The position numbers and the translations under genes were made by a program. A stretch of 32,000 nucleotides of DNA. Source: Delftia acidovorans NBRC 14950. Its GTDB lineage: Bacteria; Pseudomonadota; Gammaproteobacteria; Burkholderiales; Burkholderiaceae_C. Numbering within the stretch: the first letter of the stretch is position 1; each line of letters opens with the position of its first letter. A model generated the notes under the pieces. The model worked only from the letters and a program-made list of their open reading frames with translations, did not search any database and had not been told where the DNA came from. Location of the stretch: positions 90,001-122,000 of the forward strand of contig NZ_BCZP01000017.1 of the NCBI RefSeq assembly GCF_001598795.1, given 5' to 3'. Below, piece by piece: positions 7,202-16,879 of this stretch.

Positions 7202-9394
7202 ATGTCCCTCCCCGCCCACACCGTCCATGTCGCCGTCCAGACGCCGGCGCACAGCGCCGTGGGCGAACTGCTGAGCTACACCTGCGACCAGCCCCTGGAG
7301 GCGGGCACCCTGGTGCGCGTGCCCCTGGGTCGCCGGGACCTGCTGGGCGTGGTCTGGGACGCCCCGCCCCGGCCCCCCGCCATGCCCGAAGGCGTGGAGC
7401 TGCGCCCCATCGCCGCCGTGCTGCAGGGCATTGCGCCGCTGCCGGCCGCCTGGCGCCGGCTGGTGGCCTTCGCCGCCTACTACTACCAGCGCAGCGTGGG
7501 CGAAATCGCCGTGACGGCCCTGCCCCCGCAACTGCGCGAGATGACGGCCGAGCAACTGGCGCGCCGGCTCAGGCCAACCAAGGCCGCGGTGAAGAGAGCG
7601 GCCAAGGCTGCAAAGGCGGAACAGGCGCCTGGCAGTGCGCCTGCATCAGCGCCTGCACCGGCCCCGGCCGCCGCAGACATTCCCCCCATCGTCCTCAGCG
7701 CCGAGCAGGCCGACGTCTTCACGCAGATCGCCGCCCATCCCGGCCCCTTTCTGCTCTTCGGCAGCACGGGCAGCGGCAAGACCGAGGTCTATCTGAGAGC
7801 CACCCAGGCCGCACTGGACGCCGACCCCGGCGCCCAGGTGCTGGTGATGGTGCCCGAGATCAACCTCACGCCCCAGCTGGAGCAGCGCTTCACGGAGCGC
7901 TTCGCGCCGCAGTACGGCGCCGACTGCGTGGTCAGCATGCACAGCGCAATGACCAACCCCCAGCGGCTCAAGAGCTGGCTGGCCGCGCACACCGGCGTGG
8001 CGCGCATCGTGCTGGGCACGCGCATGTCGGTCTTCGCCAGCCTGCCGGGCCTGTCGCTGATCGTGGTGGACGAGGAGCACGACGCCAGCTACAAGCAGCA
8101 GGAAGGCGCTCGCTACTCGGCGCGCGACCTGGCCATCTGGCGCGCGCGCGATACCGGCGCCAAGGTCATCCTGGGCAGTGCCACGCCGTCGCTGGAGAGC
8201 TGGCACGCCAGCCGCCCGCCCAATGCCGACGAGCCGCAGGGCGGCCGCTACCTGCGCCTGCACATGCCCAGCCGCATCGGCGCGGCCGCCCTGCCGCGCG
8301 TGCGCCTGGTGGACATGGGCCAGCAGCCGCGCAAGGCCGTGTTCTCGCCGCCGCTGATCGATGCCATCACCGAGCGCGTGCAGCGCGGCGAGCAAAGCCT
8401 GGTGCTGCTCAACCGCCGCGGCTTCGCGCCCGTGCTGTTCTGCGCCGACTGCGGCTGGAAAAGCGACTGCCCGCACTGCAGCGCCCACCAGGTCTTCCAC
8501 AAGGCGGACCGCACGCTGCGCTGCCACCACTGCGGCTACACCCAGCGCGTGCCAATGGCCTGCCCCGGCTGCGGCAATCCCGACATCCTGCCGCTGGGCA
8601 AGGGCACGGAGCAGCTGGAGGAAGAACTGGCCCGCCTGCTGCGCAATGTGCAGCGTCCCGACCGCGAGCCCGCCCGCGTGGCGCGCATCGACGCCGACAC
8701 CACGCGCGCCAAGGGCGCGCTGGAGGAGCAACTGGCCCAGGTGCATGCGGGCGACATCGACGTGCTGGTGGGCACCCAGATGGTGGCCAAGGGCCATGAC
8801 TTCCGGCGCATCACCCTGGTGGCCGCCGTGCAGCCCGACAGTGCTCTTTTCTCCAGCGACTACCGAGCGCCCGAGCGCCTGTTCAGCCTGCTGATGCAGG
8901 CCGCCGGCCGCGCAGGACGCGACGCGCACTACGTGGCCGCCCAGGGCAGCCACCCGGAGATGTGGATACAGACCCACGACCCGTCCCACCCCGTCTACAC
9001 CGCGCTGCGCTCACACGACTACCCGGCCTTCGCCGCGCGCCAGTTGCGCGAGCGGCGCGATGCGGGCATGCCGCCCTTCGCCTTCCAGGCCATCGTGCGG
9101 GCCGATGCGCGCACCCAGGAAGCCGCCCAGGCCTTCCTGGCCGCTGCGGCCGAGGCCGCCCGTCAGGCCGGCCTGCCCCATGTGGACGATGTCTTTCTCT
9201 ACCCGCCCATTCCCATGTCCGTGCAGCGCGTGGCCAATGTGGAGCGCGCGCAGATGCTGATCGAGTCGGCCCAGCGGCCCGCCCTGCTGCGCTTTCTCTG
9301 GGCCTGGCAGGCGCACCTGCACTGGATCAGGGCACAGCCCGGGCACCGCGCCCTGGTGCGCTGGCTGGTGGACGTGGACCCGCTGGCCATCTGA
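7202..9394 (+). CDS. priA: primosomal replication-restart helicase PriA (protein N')
   Basis: This is the in-frame ATG at 7202 (MSLPAHTVHVAVQTP...). It has Walker A (LLFGSTGSGKTEVY), DEEH, and the Cys-rich zinc region CADCGWKSDCPHCSAHQVFHKADRTLRCHHCGYTQRVPMACPGCGN. Confidence 0.93.
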   Translation: MSLPAHTVHVAVQTPAHSAVGELLSYTCDQPLEAGTLVRVPLGRRDLLGVVWDAPPRPPAMPEGVELRPIAAVLQGIAPLPAAWRRLVAFAAYYYQRSVGEIAVTALPPQLREMTAEQLARRLRPTKAAVKRAAKAAKAEQAPGSAPASAPAPAPAAADIPPIVLSAEQADVFTQIAAHPGPFLLFGSTGSGKTEVYLRATQAALDADPGAQVLVMVPEINLTPQLEQRFTERFAPQYGADCVVSMHSAMTNPQRLKSWLAAHTGVARIVLGTRMSVFASLPGLSLIVVDEEHDASYKQQEGARYSARDLAIWRARDTGAKVILGSATPSLESWHASRPPNADEPQGGRYLRLHMPSRIGAAALPRVRLVDMGQQPRKAVFSPPLIDAITERVQRGEQSLVLLNRRGFAPVLFCADCGWKSDCPHCSAHQVFHKADRTLRCHHCGYTQRVPMACPGCGNPDILPLGKGTEQLEEELARLLRNVQRPDREPARVARIDADTTRAKGALEEQLAQVHAGDIDVLVGTQMVAKGHDFRRITLVAAVQPDSALFSSDYRAPERLFSLLMQAAGRAGRDAHYVAAQGSHPEMWIQTHDPSHPVYTALRSHDYPAFAARQLRERRDAGMPPFAFQAIVRADARTQEAAQAFLAAAAEAARQAGLPHVDDVFLYPPIPMSVQRVANVERAQMLIESAQRPALLRFLWAWQAHLHWIRAQPGHRALVRWLVDVDPLAI

Positions 9395-9536
9395 GCGTGG
9401 CACGGCCTCTGGAACGGCCCCAAAAAACCTCAAGCCTTTCAGGCCTTGGGCGCAATCCCGTAAAGCGTTCACCGCTCCTTTTTCGGAAGCGCTTTTAGCG
9501 CATTCGCTGCGCGGCTCCCATCGGGATTTGCGCTGA

Positions 9537-10754
<1,218 letters not shown>

Positions 10755-10785
10755 TAAAGCACCCCCTGAGGCGCTGGCGCGCCTT

Positions 10786-10817
10786 CCCCCTCTCTACCCG
10801 CTTCGCGGGGGAGGGGG
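10786..10817. repeat. GC-rich compound extragenic palindrome (REP-like)
   Basis: The sequence is CCCCCTC-tcta-CCCGC-ttc-GCGGG-g-GAGGGGG. It is flanked by further small GC hairpins (GGCGC-tggc-GCGCC at 10769-10782 and CGGCCC...GGGCCG at about 10829-10869). Confidence 0.45.
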
Positions 10818-10895
10818 ACGACAGCCTCGCTGCGGGGCGGCCCTTGCTTGCTGTCCCTTGCTTTGGGCCGCGCCGGTTTTTGCAGCCTCGTCCCA

Positions 10896-10917
10896 AGCCC
10901 CGTTCGCGGGGCTTTTT
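10896..10917 (+). terminator. rho-independent terminator of ansB
   Basis: The hairpin is AGCCCCG-TTCG-CGGGGCT, running straight into a T tract (TTTTT at 10913-10917, its first T being the last stem base) followed by C. Confidence 0.7.
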
Positions 10918-10930
10918 CTATTGCCGCTTG

Positions 10931-11797
10931 CTAGTTCGATGTGAACAGCGGGGTGAGGGGGCCTTGGGCGATGTGACAGTGCGCTTGTTCCAGGGCCTGG
11001 GCGAAGGCGTCGGAGCGCAGGTAGGCGTATTCGACGGCGCGCTGGGCGCCTATGGCGTCGCCCTGGACGGGGGCGGTGGCGGGGTGGCACATCATGAGGC
11101 TGCCGGGCTGCAACTGGGCCAGCCATTGGGCCATGTGGCGGCCATAGCCTTCGGGCGTGGGCTGGTCGAAGGCGTAGACGCCGCCGAAGCCGTGGTTGAG
11201 CGGCACACCCTGGCGGCGCAGGCGGCGGGTGGTGGTCCAGCCGCCCAGCAGGGCGATGATGGCGGCCTTGGGGTCGCGCCAGAGCTGGCCGGCCGGGGTG
11301 GTGGAGCGGACCCAGGGCAGGTCGTCGGCGTTGTCGCCATAGCGCTGGCGCAATTCCTGCACCAGCGCGGCGCGCACGCCGGGGAGCTGGTGCACGTGCT
11401 GGTGGCCGTCGATGAAGTCGGGGGCCATGCCCAGCGCGTCCTCGAAGGCGTCGAGCTGGCGGCGCCAGGCGTCGCGCATGGCGGCGGCGCCGAGTGCGCC
11501 GGCATAGGCGCGCGCGATCACGGCACCGATGCCGGCGGCGGGCTGCAGGCCGTGGCCTTCGGTCATGTTGAAGTGCAGGCCCAGCGACAGGCGCGGGCGC
11601 AGCGCGGGCAGGCGCCTGGCGGCCTGCCTCCAGTGCGGCGAGGTGGTCATGCAGCTGGTGGCCGACAGCCGGCCCTGCAGCGTGAGCTGCTCCACGGCTT
11701 CATCGACCAGGGGGTGCAGCGCATAGTCGTCGGCGCACAGGACGACGGTTCTGGCCGAGGCCTTCTCCCCGTTGTTTCTGGCAGGTACGGTGTTCAT
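10931..11797 (-). CDS. ChbG/HpnK (YdjC) family carbohydrate deacetylase
   Basis: The 288-aa product carries VVLCADDYALHPLVDEAV and FIDGHQHVHQLPGV, both YdjC-type motifs. Its start overlaps the GtrA stop (ATGA at 11794-11797). Confidence 0.75.
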   Translation of the reverse strand: MNTVPARNNGEKASARTVVLCADDYALHPLVDEAVEQLTLQGRLSATSCMTTSPHWRQAARRLPALRPRLSLGLHFNMTEGHGLQPAAGIGAVIARAYAGALGAAAMRDAWRRQLDAFEDALGMAPDFIDGHQHVHQLPGVRAALVQELRQRYGDNADDLPWVRSTTPAGQLWRDPKAAIIALLGGWTTTRRLRRQGVPLNHGFGGVYAFDQPTPEGYGRHMAQWLAQLQPGSLMMCHPATAPVQGDAIGAQRAVEYAYLRSDAFAQALEQAHCHIAQGPLTPLFTSN

Positions 11798-12216
11798 GAG
11801 GATTCCTTGCGGCCGGGGGCCGCAAAGGCCCAGAACTTGGCGAAGACGAAGGTGCCCACCGCCACCAGCACCAGCACCAGGGCCAGGCTCCAGAAGTAGT
11901 GCCAGTGCAGCCAGTGCAGGGCCACCCAGTACAGCAGCTCGTTGGCCACGAAGGAGGCACAGGCCACGGCGAAGTACTTGCCGGCCACGGCCCAGCCTTG
12001 CGCCCCGGCCTGCACGAAGGTGAACAGCGCATGGCCGTTGTAGCTGACCACGAAGGCCACGAGAAAGGCCAGCACGTTGGCATGCAGCGGCGCCATGCCC
12101 ACCCGTTGCACCAGCAGGGCGACAACGGCCAGGTGCGTGGCGGCCGCGCAGCCCCCTACCAGCACGAACTGCAGCGCCTGCGGCAGGCGGCGCAGCTGTG
12201 CGATCACGTCGTGCAT
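11794..12216 (-). CDS. GtrA-family small membrane protein (polyprenyl-phosphate-sugar handling/flippase-like)
   Basis: This is the internal ATG at 12216 of track ORF 11794..12849. The 140-aa product has four hydrophobic segments, starting MHDVIAQLRRLPQALQFVLVGGCAAATHLAVVALL. Confidence 0.7.
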   Translation of the reverse strand: MHDVIAQLRRLPQALQFVLVGGCAAATHLAVVALLVQRVGMAPLHANVLAFLVAFVVSYNGHALFTFVQAGAQGWAVAGKYFAVACASFVANELLYWVALHWLHWHYFWSLALVLVLVAVGTFVFAKFWAFAAPGRKESS

Positions 12217-12218
12217 GG

Positions 12219-13223
12219 CTAGTCCCGTGGCGCCAGCGGGCTGCGGTCTTCGTCGCGCGCCAGCAGGTAGGTGGGACGGCGCTTGACTTCGTCGTAGATG
12301 CGGCCGATGTACTCGCCCAGGATGCCGATGGACATCAGCTGCACGCCCGAGAACAGCATGATGCTGGCCGCCAGCGTGGGCCAGCCGTCCAGCGGGTTGC
12401 CGAAGATCAGCGTCTCCATGGTGATCCACAGGCCGTAGAGCAGGGCCGCCAGCGAGATGATCCCGCCCACCACGCTCCACACGCGCAGCGGCAAGGTGGT
12501 GAACGAGGTCAGACCCAGCAGGGCCAGCGAGCCCAGGCGCCGGAAATTGAAGCTGGACGCACCGGCCGTGCGGTCGGCCGGCACGAACGGCAGGGCCGCA
12601 GCCTTGAAGCCCACCCAGGCGTACAGGCCCTTCATGAAACGGTGGCTCTCCGGCAGGGCCTTGAGCGCATCGGCCACGCAGCGGTCCAGCCAGCGGAAGT
12701 CGCCGGCATTGGGCGGGATCTTCACCAGGTTGCCGGCATTCATGAGCCGGTAGAACAGGTTGGTGCCCACGCGCTTGGCGCCGCTTTCGGCGCCCCGGTC
12801 GGCGATCACGCCATAGACCATGTCGTAGCCGGACTGCCACAGCTCGCACATCTGGGGCAGCATCTCCAGCGGATGCTGGAAGTCGGCGTCGATCAGCACC
12901 ACGGCGTTGCCGCGCGCATGGTCTATGCCGGCCGACAGCGCCGCCTCCTTGCCGAAGTTGCGCGACAGCGCCAGATAGCGCACGGGCAGTTCCTGGGCCA
13001 TGCGCAGCGCGATCTCGTGCGTGGCGTCACGGCTGCCGTCGTTGACGACGATCAGCTCGTAGTCGGGCGTCAGCGTGCGCACCGTCGCGTCCAGGGCGCG
13101 CAGGAACGCCTCCAGGTTGCCCTCTTCATTGTGGGCTGGCACCACGCAGCTCAGCCGCAGCGGGGGGCGCGGCAGCATCCCCTTGGGAGCGGCCGGAGCA
13201 ATGTCAGCATGCAATTCGGTCAT
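12219..13223 (-). CDS. family 2 glycosyltransferase, ArnC/DPM1-like polyprenyl-phosphate glycosyltransferase
   Basis: The 334-aa product carries SCVVPAHNEEGNL, ELIVVNDGSRD and VLIDADFQHP, plus two C-terminal TM helices. Its start overlaps the upstream gene's stop (ATGA at 13220-13223). Confidence 0.85.
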   Translation of the reverse strand: MTELHADIAPAAPKGMLPRPPLRLSCVVPAHNEEGNLEAFLRALDATVRTLTPDYELIVVNDGSRDATHEIALRMAQELPVRYLALSRNFGKEAALSAGIDHARGNAVVLIDADFQHPLEMLPQMCELWQSGYDMVYGVIADRGAESGAKRVGTNLFYRLMNAGNLVKIPPNAGDFRWLDRCVADALKALPESHRFMKGLYAWVGFKAAALPFVPADRTAGASSFNFRRLGSLALLGLTSFTTLPLRVWSVVGGIISLAALLYGLWITMETLIFGNPLDGWPTLAASIMLFSGVQLMSIGILGEYIGRIYDEVKRRPTYLLARDEDRSPLAPRD

Positions 13224-14839
13224 AGGCCAGCATTGTCAGCGGGCTGGCTGCCCGCGCGCGGCAACACGTCAAAAACCGCATAGGCATAGGGACTGGGCCG
13301 AGGAAAACGCCATCCCGAGCGTTGCACCGTGAGCACACGCGCCTCCTGCGGCAGGCCCAGCTTCGCCAGCCAGGCCTGCGCCTGCTGCTCGCAATCGCGC
13401 GATTTCGCGGTCGGGCCGGGCTCGCTGGCCACCGGGCCGCGCGGGCACAGCAGCAGCCCGGGCTGCTGGCGCCAGTCCGACAGCGCCAGCACGCGCGCAT
13501 ATTCGCTGTCGGGCAGGCCGGGAATGGTGCGCAGATGCGGCTGGGCATAGAAAGACAGCATGGCGTTTTCCGCCCAGTCGCCGCCCACCCACTGCAGCGG
13601 CTGCTGCGGGTGGCGCTGGTTCCAGGACAGCACGATGGCCTGCGCCGCATCGGCCGCAGGGCGGTAGTAGTCGGAGCCGCTCTTGCGCGCATTGCCCCAG
13701 CCCGCGGCCAGCCCGATCACCAGCACCACGGCCATGCTCGGCCACCAGGCGCGGCGCAGCGCGGCCAGCGCGGACTGCGTCACGGCAGGCGCCTCGGCGT
13801 CCAGGTTGCGCAGCCACAGCAGCACGAAGGCATAGCCGATGGGAATGGCCCAGGGCGTGGACAGCTCCACCACGCCGGTGGCGCCAAAGCCCAGCGTCGC
13901 AAGCCAGGGCATGAGGGCCAGCCAGAACAGCGTGTCGCCGCGCCCCTGCCAGCACCAGCTGCGGCGCAGGAAACGCGCACTCCAGCGCAGCCAGCCGCCG
14001 CCTTGCTGGCGGGCCTGCATGAAGCCATACACCAGGCACACGGCCAACCAGGCCGGCAGCCAGTAGAAGATGGGCGCCAGCGCAAAGCGCAGCACATAGC
14101 CCCACACCACCTGCCCGCCGCCCTGGTCCATGGCATAGCCCAGCGTCACCCACTGGTGGTGGGCAATCCAGGCCACATGCGGCGCCAGCGCCAGGCCAAA
14201 GGCTGCCAGCGCCACGTAGGGCCGAGGAGTGAGCAGCCACTGGCGACCTTCACGCACCAGGAAGATGGGCAGCAGGAAACCGGCCAGGAACACACCGCTG
14301 TAGTACTTGCTGAGCATGCAGGCGGCCGAGACCACGCCCAGCGCCACGCTGAAGGCCACGCCGCGCGCGCCCTTTTCCTGCCAGCTGGCCAGCAGCAGGG
14401 CCGCCGCCCAGGGCCACAGGGACAGCAGCTGGCTGTTGGCGTTGAACTTGCCGGCCAGCGTCGTATACGGAAAGCACCACAGCAACAGGGCCGCGCCCAG
14501 CGGCGCCAGGCGCGCCAGCCCCAGGCGCCTGCCCAGCACGTAGACGCCCCAGATGCCCACGCCCACATTGGCATAGGACAGCAGGCGATAAAAGCCGTCG
14601 TTCTGCGGGAACACCATGAACCACAGGCCGACCACCCAGGCGAAGAACGGCGGATGCTTGTGCGTGCCCAGCTGCAGCGGCTGGGCCCAGGCATAGTTCT
14701 CCAGCATGTCGTGGTAGCCGTCCAGATTGCCATTGGCCAGCCAGGACACCAGGGCCCAGAGCAGGCAGGCCAGCGTCACCATCCAGAGCATGGCCGCGCC
14801 CGTGGGAACGCCTGCCGGGGCAGAGGGGGAGGATTTCAT
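13220..14839 (-). CDS. ArnT/PMT-like (GT39/GT83-type) polytopic membrane glycosyltransferase
   Basis: This is the internal ATG at 14839 of track ORF 13220..16120 (MKSSPSAPAGV...). It is a multi-TM protein with an N-terminal loop motif (YHDMLENYAWAQPLQLGTHKHPPFFAWVV) and a soluble C-terminal domain. MLWMV at 14791 is an alternative start. Confidence 0.75.
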   Translation of the reverse strand: MKSSPSAPAGVPTGAAMLWMVTLACLLWALVSWLANGNLDGYHDMLENYAWAQPLQLGTHKHPPFFAWVVGLWFMVFPQNDGFYRLLSYANVGVGIWGVYVLGRRLGLARLAPLGAALLLWCFPYTTLAGKFNANSQLLSLWPWAAALLLASWQEKGARGVAFSVALGVVSAACMLSKYYSGVFLAGFLLPIFLVREGRQWLLTPRPYVALAAFGLALAPHVAWIAHHQWVTLGYAMDQGGGQVVWGYVLRFALAPIFYWLPAWLAVCLVYGFMQARQQGGGWLRWSARFLRRSWCWQGRGDTLFWLALMPWLATLGFGATGVVELSTPWAIPIGYAFVLLWLRNLDAEAPAVTQSALAALRRAWWPSMAVVLVIGLAAGWGNARKSGSDYYRPAADAAQAIVLSWNQRHPQQPLQWVGGDWAENAMLSFYAQPHLRTIPGLPDSEYARVLALSDWRQQPGLLLCPRGPVASEPGPTAKSRDCEQQAQAWLAKLGLPQEARVLTVQRSGWRFPRPSPYAYAVFDVLPRAGSQPADNAGL

Positions 14840-14940
14840 GCGATCCCGTCGAGGTGGTGAAAAAACATGGGCGGGATTGTAGTGAGCACCAGCATGCCCG
14901 TGCGGCCCGGGCCTGCCCCTCAGGTGTGCCCGGGGCCTGC

Positions 14941-15891
14941 TCAGGTCATCAGCGCCACGGCGCCCGAGAAGCTCAGGAAGGCCAACACCGTGGACACCAG
15001 GATGATGCGGGCCACGCGCCCGCCGTGCGCCCCGAAGCGCTCGGTCAGCAGCGAGACATTGCTGGCGCTGGGCAGCGCAGCCAGCAGCACCAGCGCCACA
15101 AAGGCCTCTTCGCCGAGCGGCAGGCCCAGCGCCATGGCCGCACGGGCCACGGCCCAGACCAGCAGCGGATGGATCAGCAGCTTGGCCAGCGCAATGGGCA
15201 CGTAGTCGCGCGCGGCCACGCGCTCGTGGCTGTTCATCTGCGAGCGCGCCAGCACGGCGCCAATGGTGAACAGCGCCACGGGCGAGGCCGCGCCCGCCAG
15301 CATGGCCACGGTGCGGTCGATGGGGCCGGGCAGCGTCCAGCCTGCCGCCGAGGCCACGCCACCCAGCACGATGGCCCAGGGCATGGGATTGGCGGCCATG
15401 CCGGCAAACGCCCTGCGCAGCGCCACGGACACGCCATGCCCGCCCGGCAGCCCCAGGCGCGACAGCGCAATGCACAGCGAGGTGGTCACCACCATGTCGA
15501 TGGCCATGGTGACGATGACCGGGCCCGCCGCACGCTCGCCCAGCAGCGCCACCAGCATGGGCACTCCCATGAAGCCGGTGTTGGGAAAGGCCGCCACCAG
15601 CGCGCCAAAGGCCGCATCGTTCCAGCCCACGCGCCGCACGGTCAGCGCCACGGTGGCACCCACCATCAGCAGCGCGCACAGCAGGTAGACCACGGAGACG
15701 CCCACATCCAGCAACTGTGCAATCGGCGTCTGCGCGCCAAAGCGGAACAGCATGCAGGGCAGCGCGAAATACAGCACGAAGGCATTGAGCCCCGGTATCG
15801 CCGCCTGCGGCAGCACGCCACGCCAGGTGGCCGCAAAGCCGCAGGCCACAAGCGCGAAGAAGGGAAAGGTGATCAGCAGGACGGACAGCAC
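14941..15891 (-). CDS. AEC (auxin efflux carrier) family transporter
   Basis: The 316-aa polytopic membrane protein has a family-typical N-terminus (MLSVLLITFPFFALVACGF) and C-terminus (ALPSASNVSLLTERFG). The start codon at 15891 is GTG. Confidence 0.8.
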   Translation of the reverse strand: MLSVLLITFPFFALVACGFAATWRGVLPQAAIPGLNAFVLYFALPCMLFRFGAQTPIAQLLDVGVSVVYLLCALLMVGATVALTVRRVGWNDAAFGALVAAFPNTGFMGVPMLVALLGERAAGPVIVTMAIDMVVTTSLCIALSRLGLPGGHGVSVALRRAFAGMAANPMPWAIVLGGVASAAGWTLPGPIDRTVAMLAGAASPVALFTIGAVLARSQMNSHERVAARDYVPIALAKLLIHPLLVWAVARAAMALGLPLGEEAFVALVLLAALPSASNVSLLTERFGAHGGRVARIILVSTVLAFLSFSGAVALMT

Positions 15892-15957
15892 GCGGCGATT
15901 CTGGCAGCAAGCCGGTGCCGCTGCCGCGCGCCCGTGTCACCGCGCGGACGCCGGGCG

Positions 15958-15990
15958 AAAAAAAACCTGCCGGAATACGCATCCGGCAGG
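15958..15990 (-). terminator. rho-independent terminator of the GTPase/Roadblock operon
   Basis: On the minus strand the hairpin is CCTGCCGGAT-GCGTAT-TCCGGCAGG, followed by T8. It lies 30 nt after the stop at 16020. Confidence 0.8.
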
Positions 15991-16019
15991 TCGGGCCTGA
16001 GCGCAACAAGCGCGTGCGC

Positions 16020-16379
16020 TTACAGCGCCAGGTCCTTCTCGACGTCCTGCACCTTGCGACGGGCCAGCGCCAGATTGGAGCGGCTCTTGTCCAGCACCAG
16101 GTAGAAGAACACACCTTCATGGGCGGCCACGGGCCGGATGATGTGGTACTGGTGCGTCAGGGTGATCAGGATGTCGTCGATGGCGTCATCGAGCTTGAGC
16201 ATGCGCATGGTCTTGAGCTTGGCGCGCACCACCTCCGTGTTGCCGGCAGCGGCCAGCTCCATGTCGAGGCCGGAGCCCACGCTGCCCATGAGCATGCCGC
16301 TGGTGCTGTCCACCAGGGCCGCGCACAGGGCGCCATCGATGCCCAGCAGGCCGTTCAGAGAATCATGTATCGAAGCCAT
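16020..16379 (-). CDS. Roadblock/LC7 (MglB-like) domain protein, copy 2
   Basis: This is the internal ATG at 16379 of track ORF 16020..16562. The 119-aa product reads MASIHDSLNGLLGIDGALCAALVDSTSGMLMGSVG...DDILITLTHQYHIIRPV...FFYLVLDKSRSNLALARRK, matching the bacterial Roadblock pattern. Confidence 0.75.
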   Translation of the reverse strand: MASIHDSLNGLLGIDGALCAALVDSTSGMLMGSVGSGLDMELAAAGNTEVVRAKLKTMRMLKLDDAIDDILITLTHQYHIIRPVAAHEGVFFYLVLDKSRSNLALARRKVQDVEKDLAL

Positions 16380-16477
16380 ATGCCACCTTTTCAAATAGCA
16401 AGGGCAGGCTGTGCGATGGACCACCGCGCCCGCTCCTCGGGGGAAGAAAACCAAACTTCTGCAGCGGATGCCGCGGA

Positions 16478-16879
16478 TCAGGAACGGGACAGTTCGGAGG
16501 CCACTTCGCCCGCCGCCCACAGCGCGCGGCCCAGCAGGGCGCTTTGATCGACCACCATGCACAGGATGGCCGGCTGGTTGCCGGCCACGGCCTGAAAGAG
16601 GACGGTGCCCAGCTCGGTCTCGAAGGTCAGCCGCCGGCAGGACTTGTGGCCTATCTCGGTGGCCACGGCCCTGGCCATGGCCATGAGCGAGCCCGCCATG
16701 GCCGACAGGCGCTCCGTCGGCAGTTCGCTCCTGACCCGCAGGGAGGTGATCTCGAAGCCGTCAGGCGTGCACAGCAAGGCGATGTGCACGCCCTCCAGGG
16801 GCGCCACCACGCGGTGGAGCACATCGCTGCCAGCTTCGATCAGAGAGGGAGGAATCCGGGGAAGCGTTGGTGTCTTCAT
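16478..16879 (-). CDS. Roadblock/LC7 (MglB-like) domain protein, copy 1
   Basis: The 133-aa product contains LEGVHIALLCTPDGFEITSL...ERLSAMAGSLMAMARAVATEIG, typical of the Robl_LC7 core. Its start overlaps the GTPase stop (ATGA at 16876-16879). Confidence 0.75.
   Translation of the reverse strand: MKTPTLPRIPPSLIEAGSDVLHRVVAPLEGVHIALLCTPDGFEITSLRVRSELPTERLSAMAGSLMAMARAVATEIGHKSCRRLTFETELGTVLFQAVAGNQPAILCMVVDQSALLGRALWAAGEVASELSRS

Noticed and set aside
7646-8989. A 447-aa minus-strand ORF and the plus-strand alternate-frame ORF 7126..8799.
   Set aside because: Both overlap priA, whose frame carries Walker A, DEEH and the Cys-rich zinc motifs. The alternatives are Arg/Gly/Ala-rich with no motifs.
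13322-14860. A 512-aa plus-strand ORF, plus other nested ORFs in 13204..14733.
   Set aside because: They are antisense or alternate frames of the ArnT-like membrane glycosyltransferase. Only the chosen frame gives coherent TM helices.
14840-16120. The N-terminal 427 codons of the 966-aa minus-strand track ORF 13220..16120.
   Set aside because: This stretch overlaps the AEC transporter gene (14941..15891) in another frame and runs across a strong terminator at 15958-15990. The real gene starts at 14839.
16411-16686. A 91-aa plus-strand ORF and the 113- and 119-aa plus-strand ORFs nearby.
   Set aside because: They are antisense to the Roadblock genes and have shadow-ORF composition.
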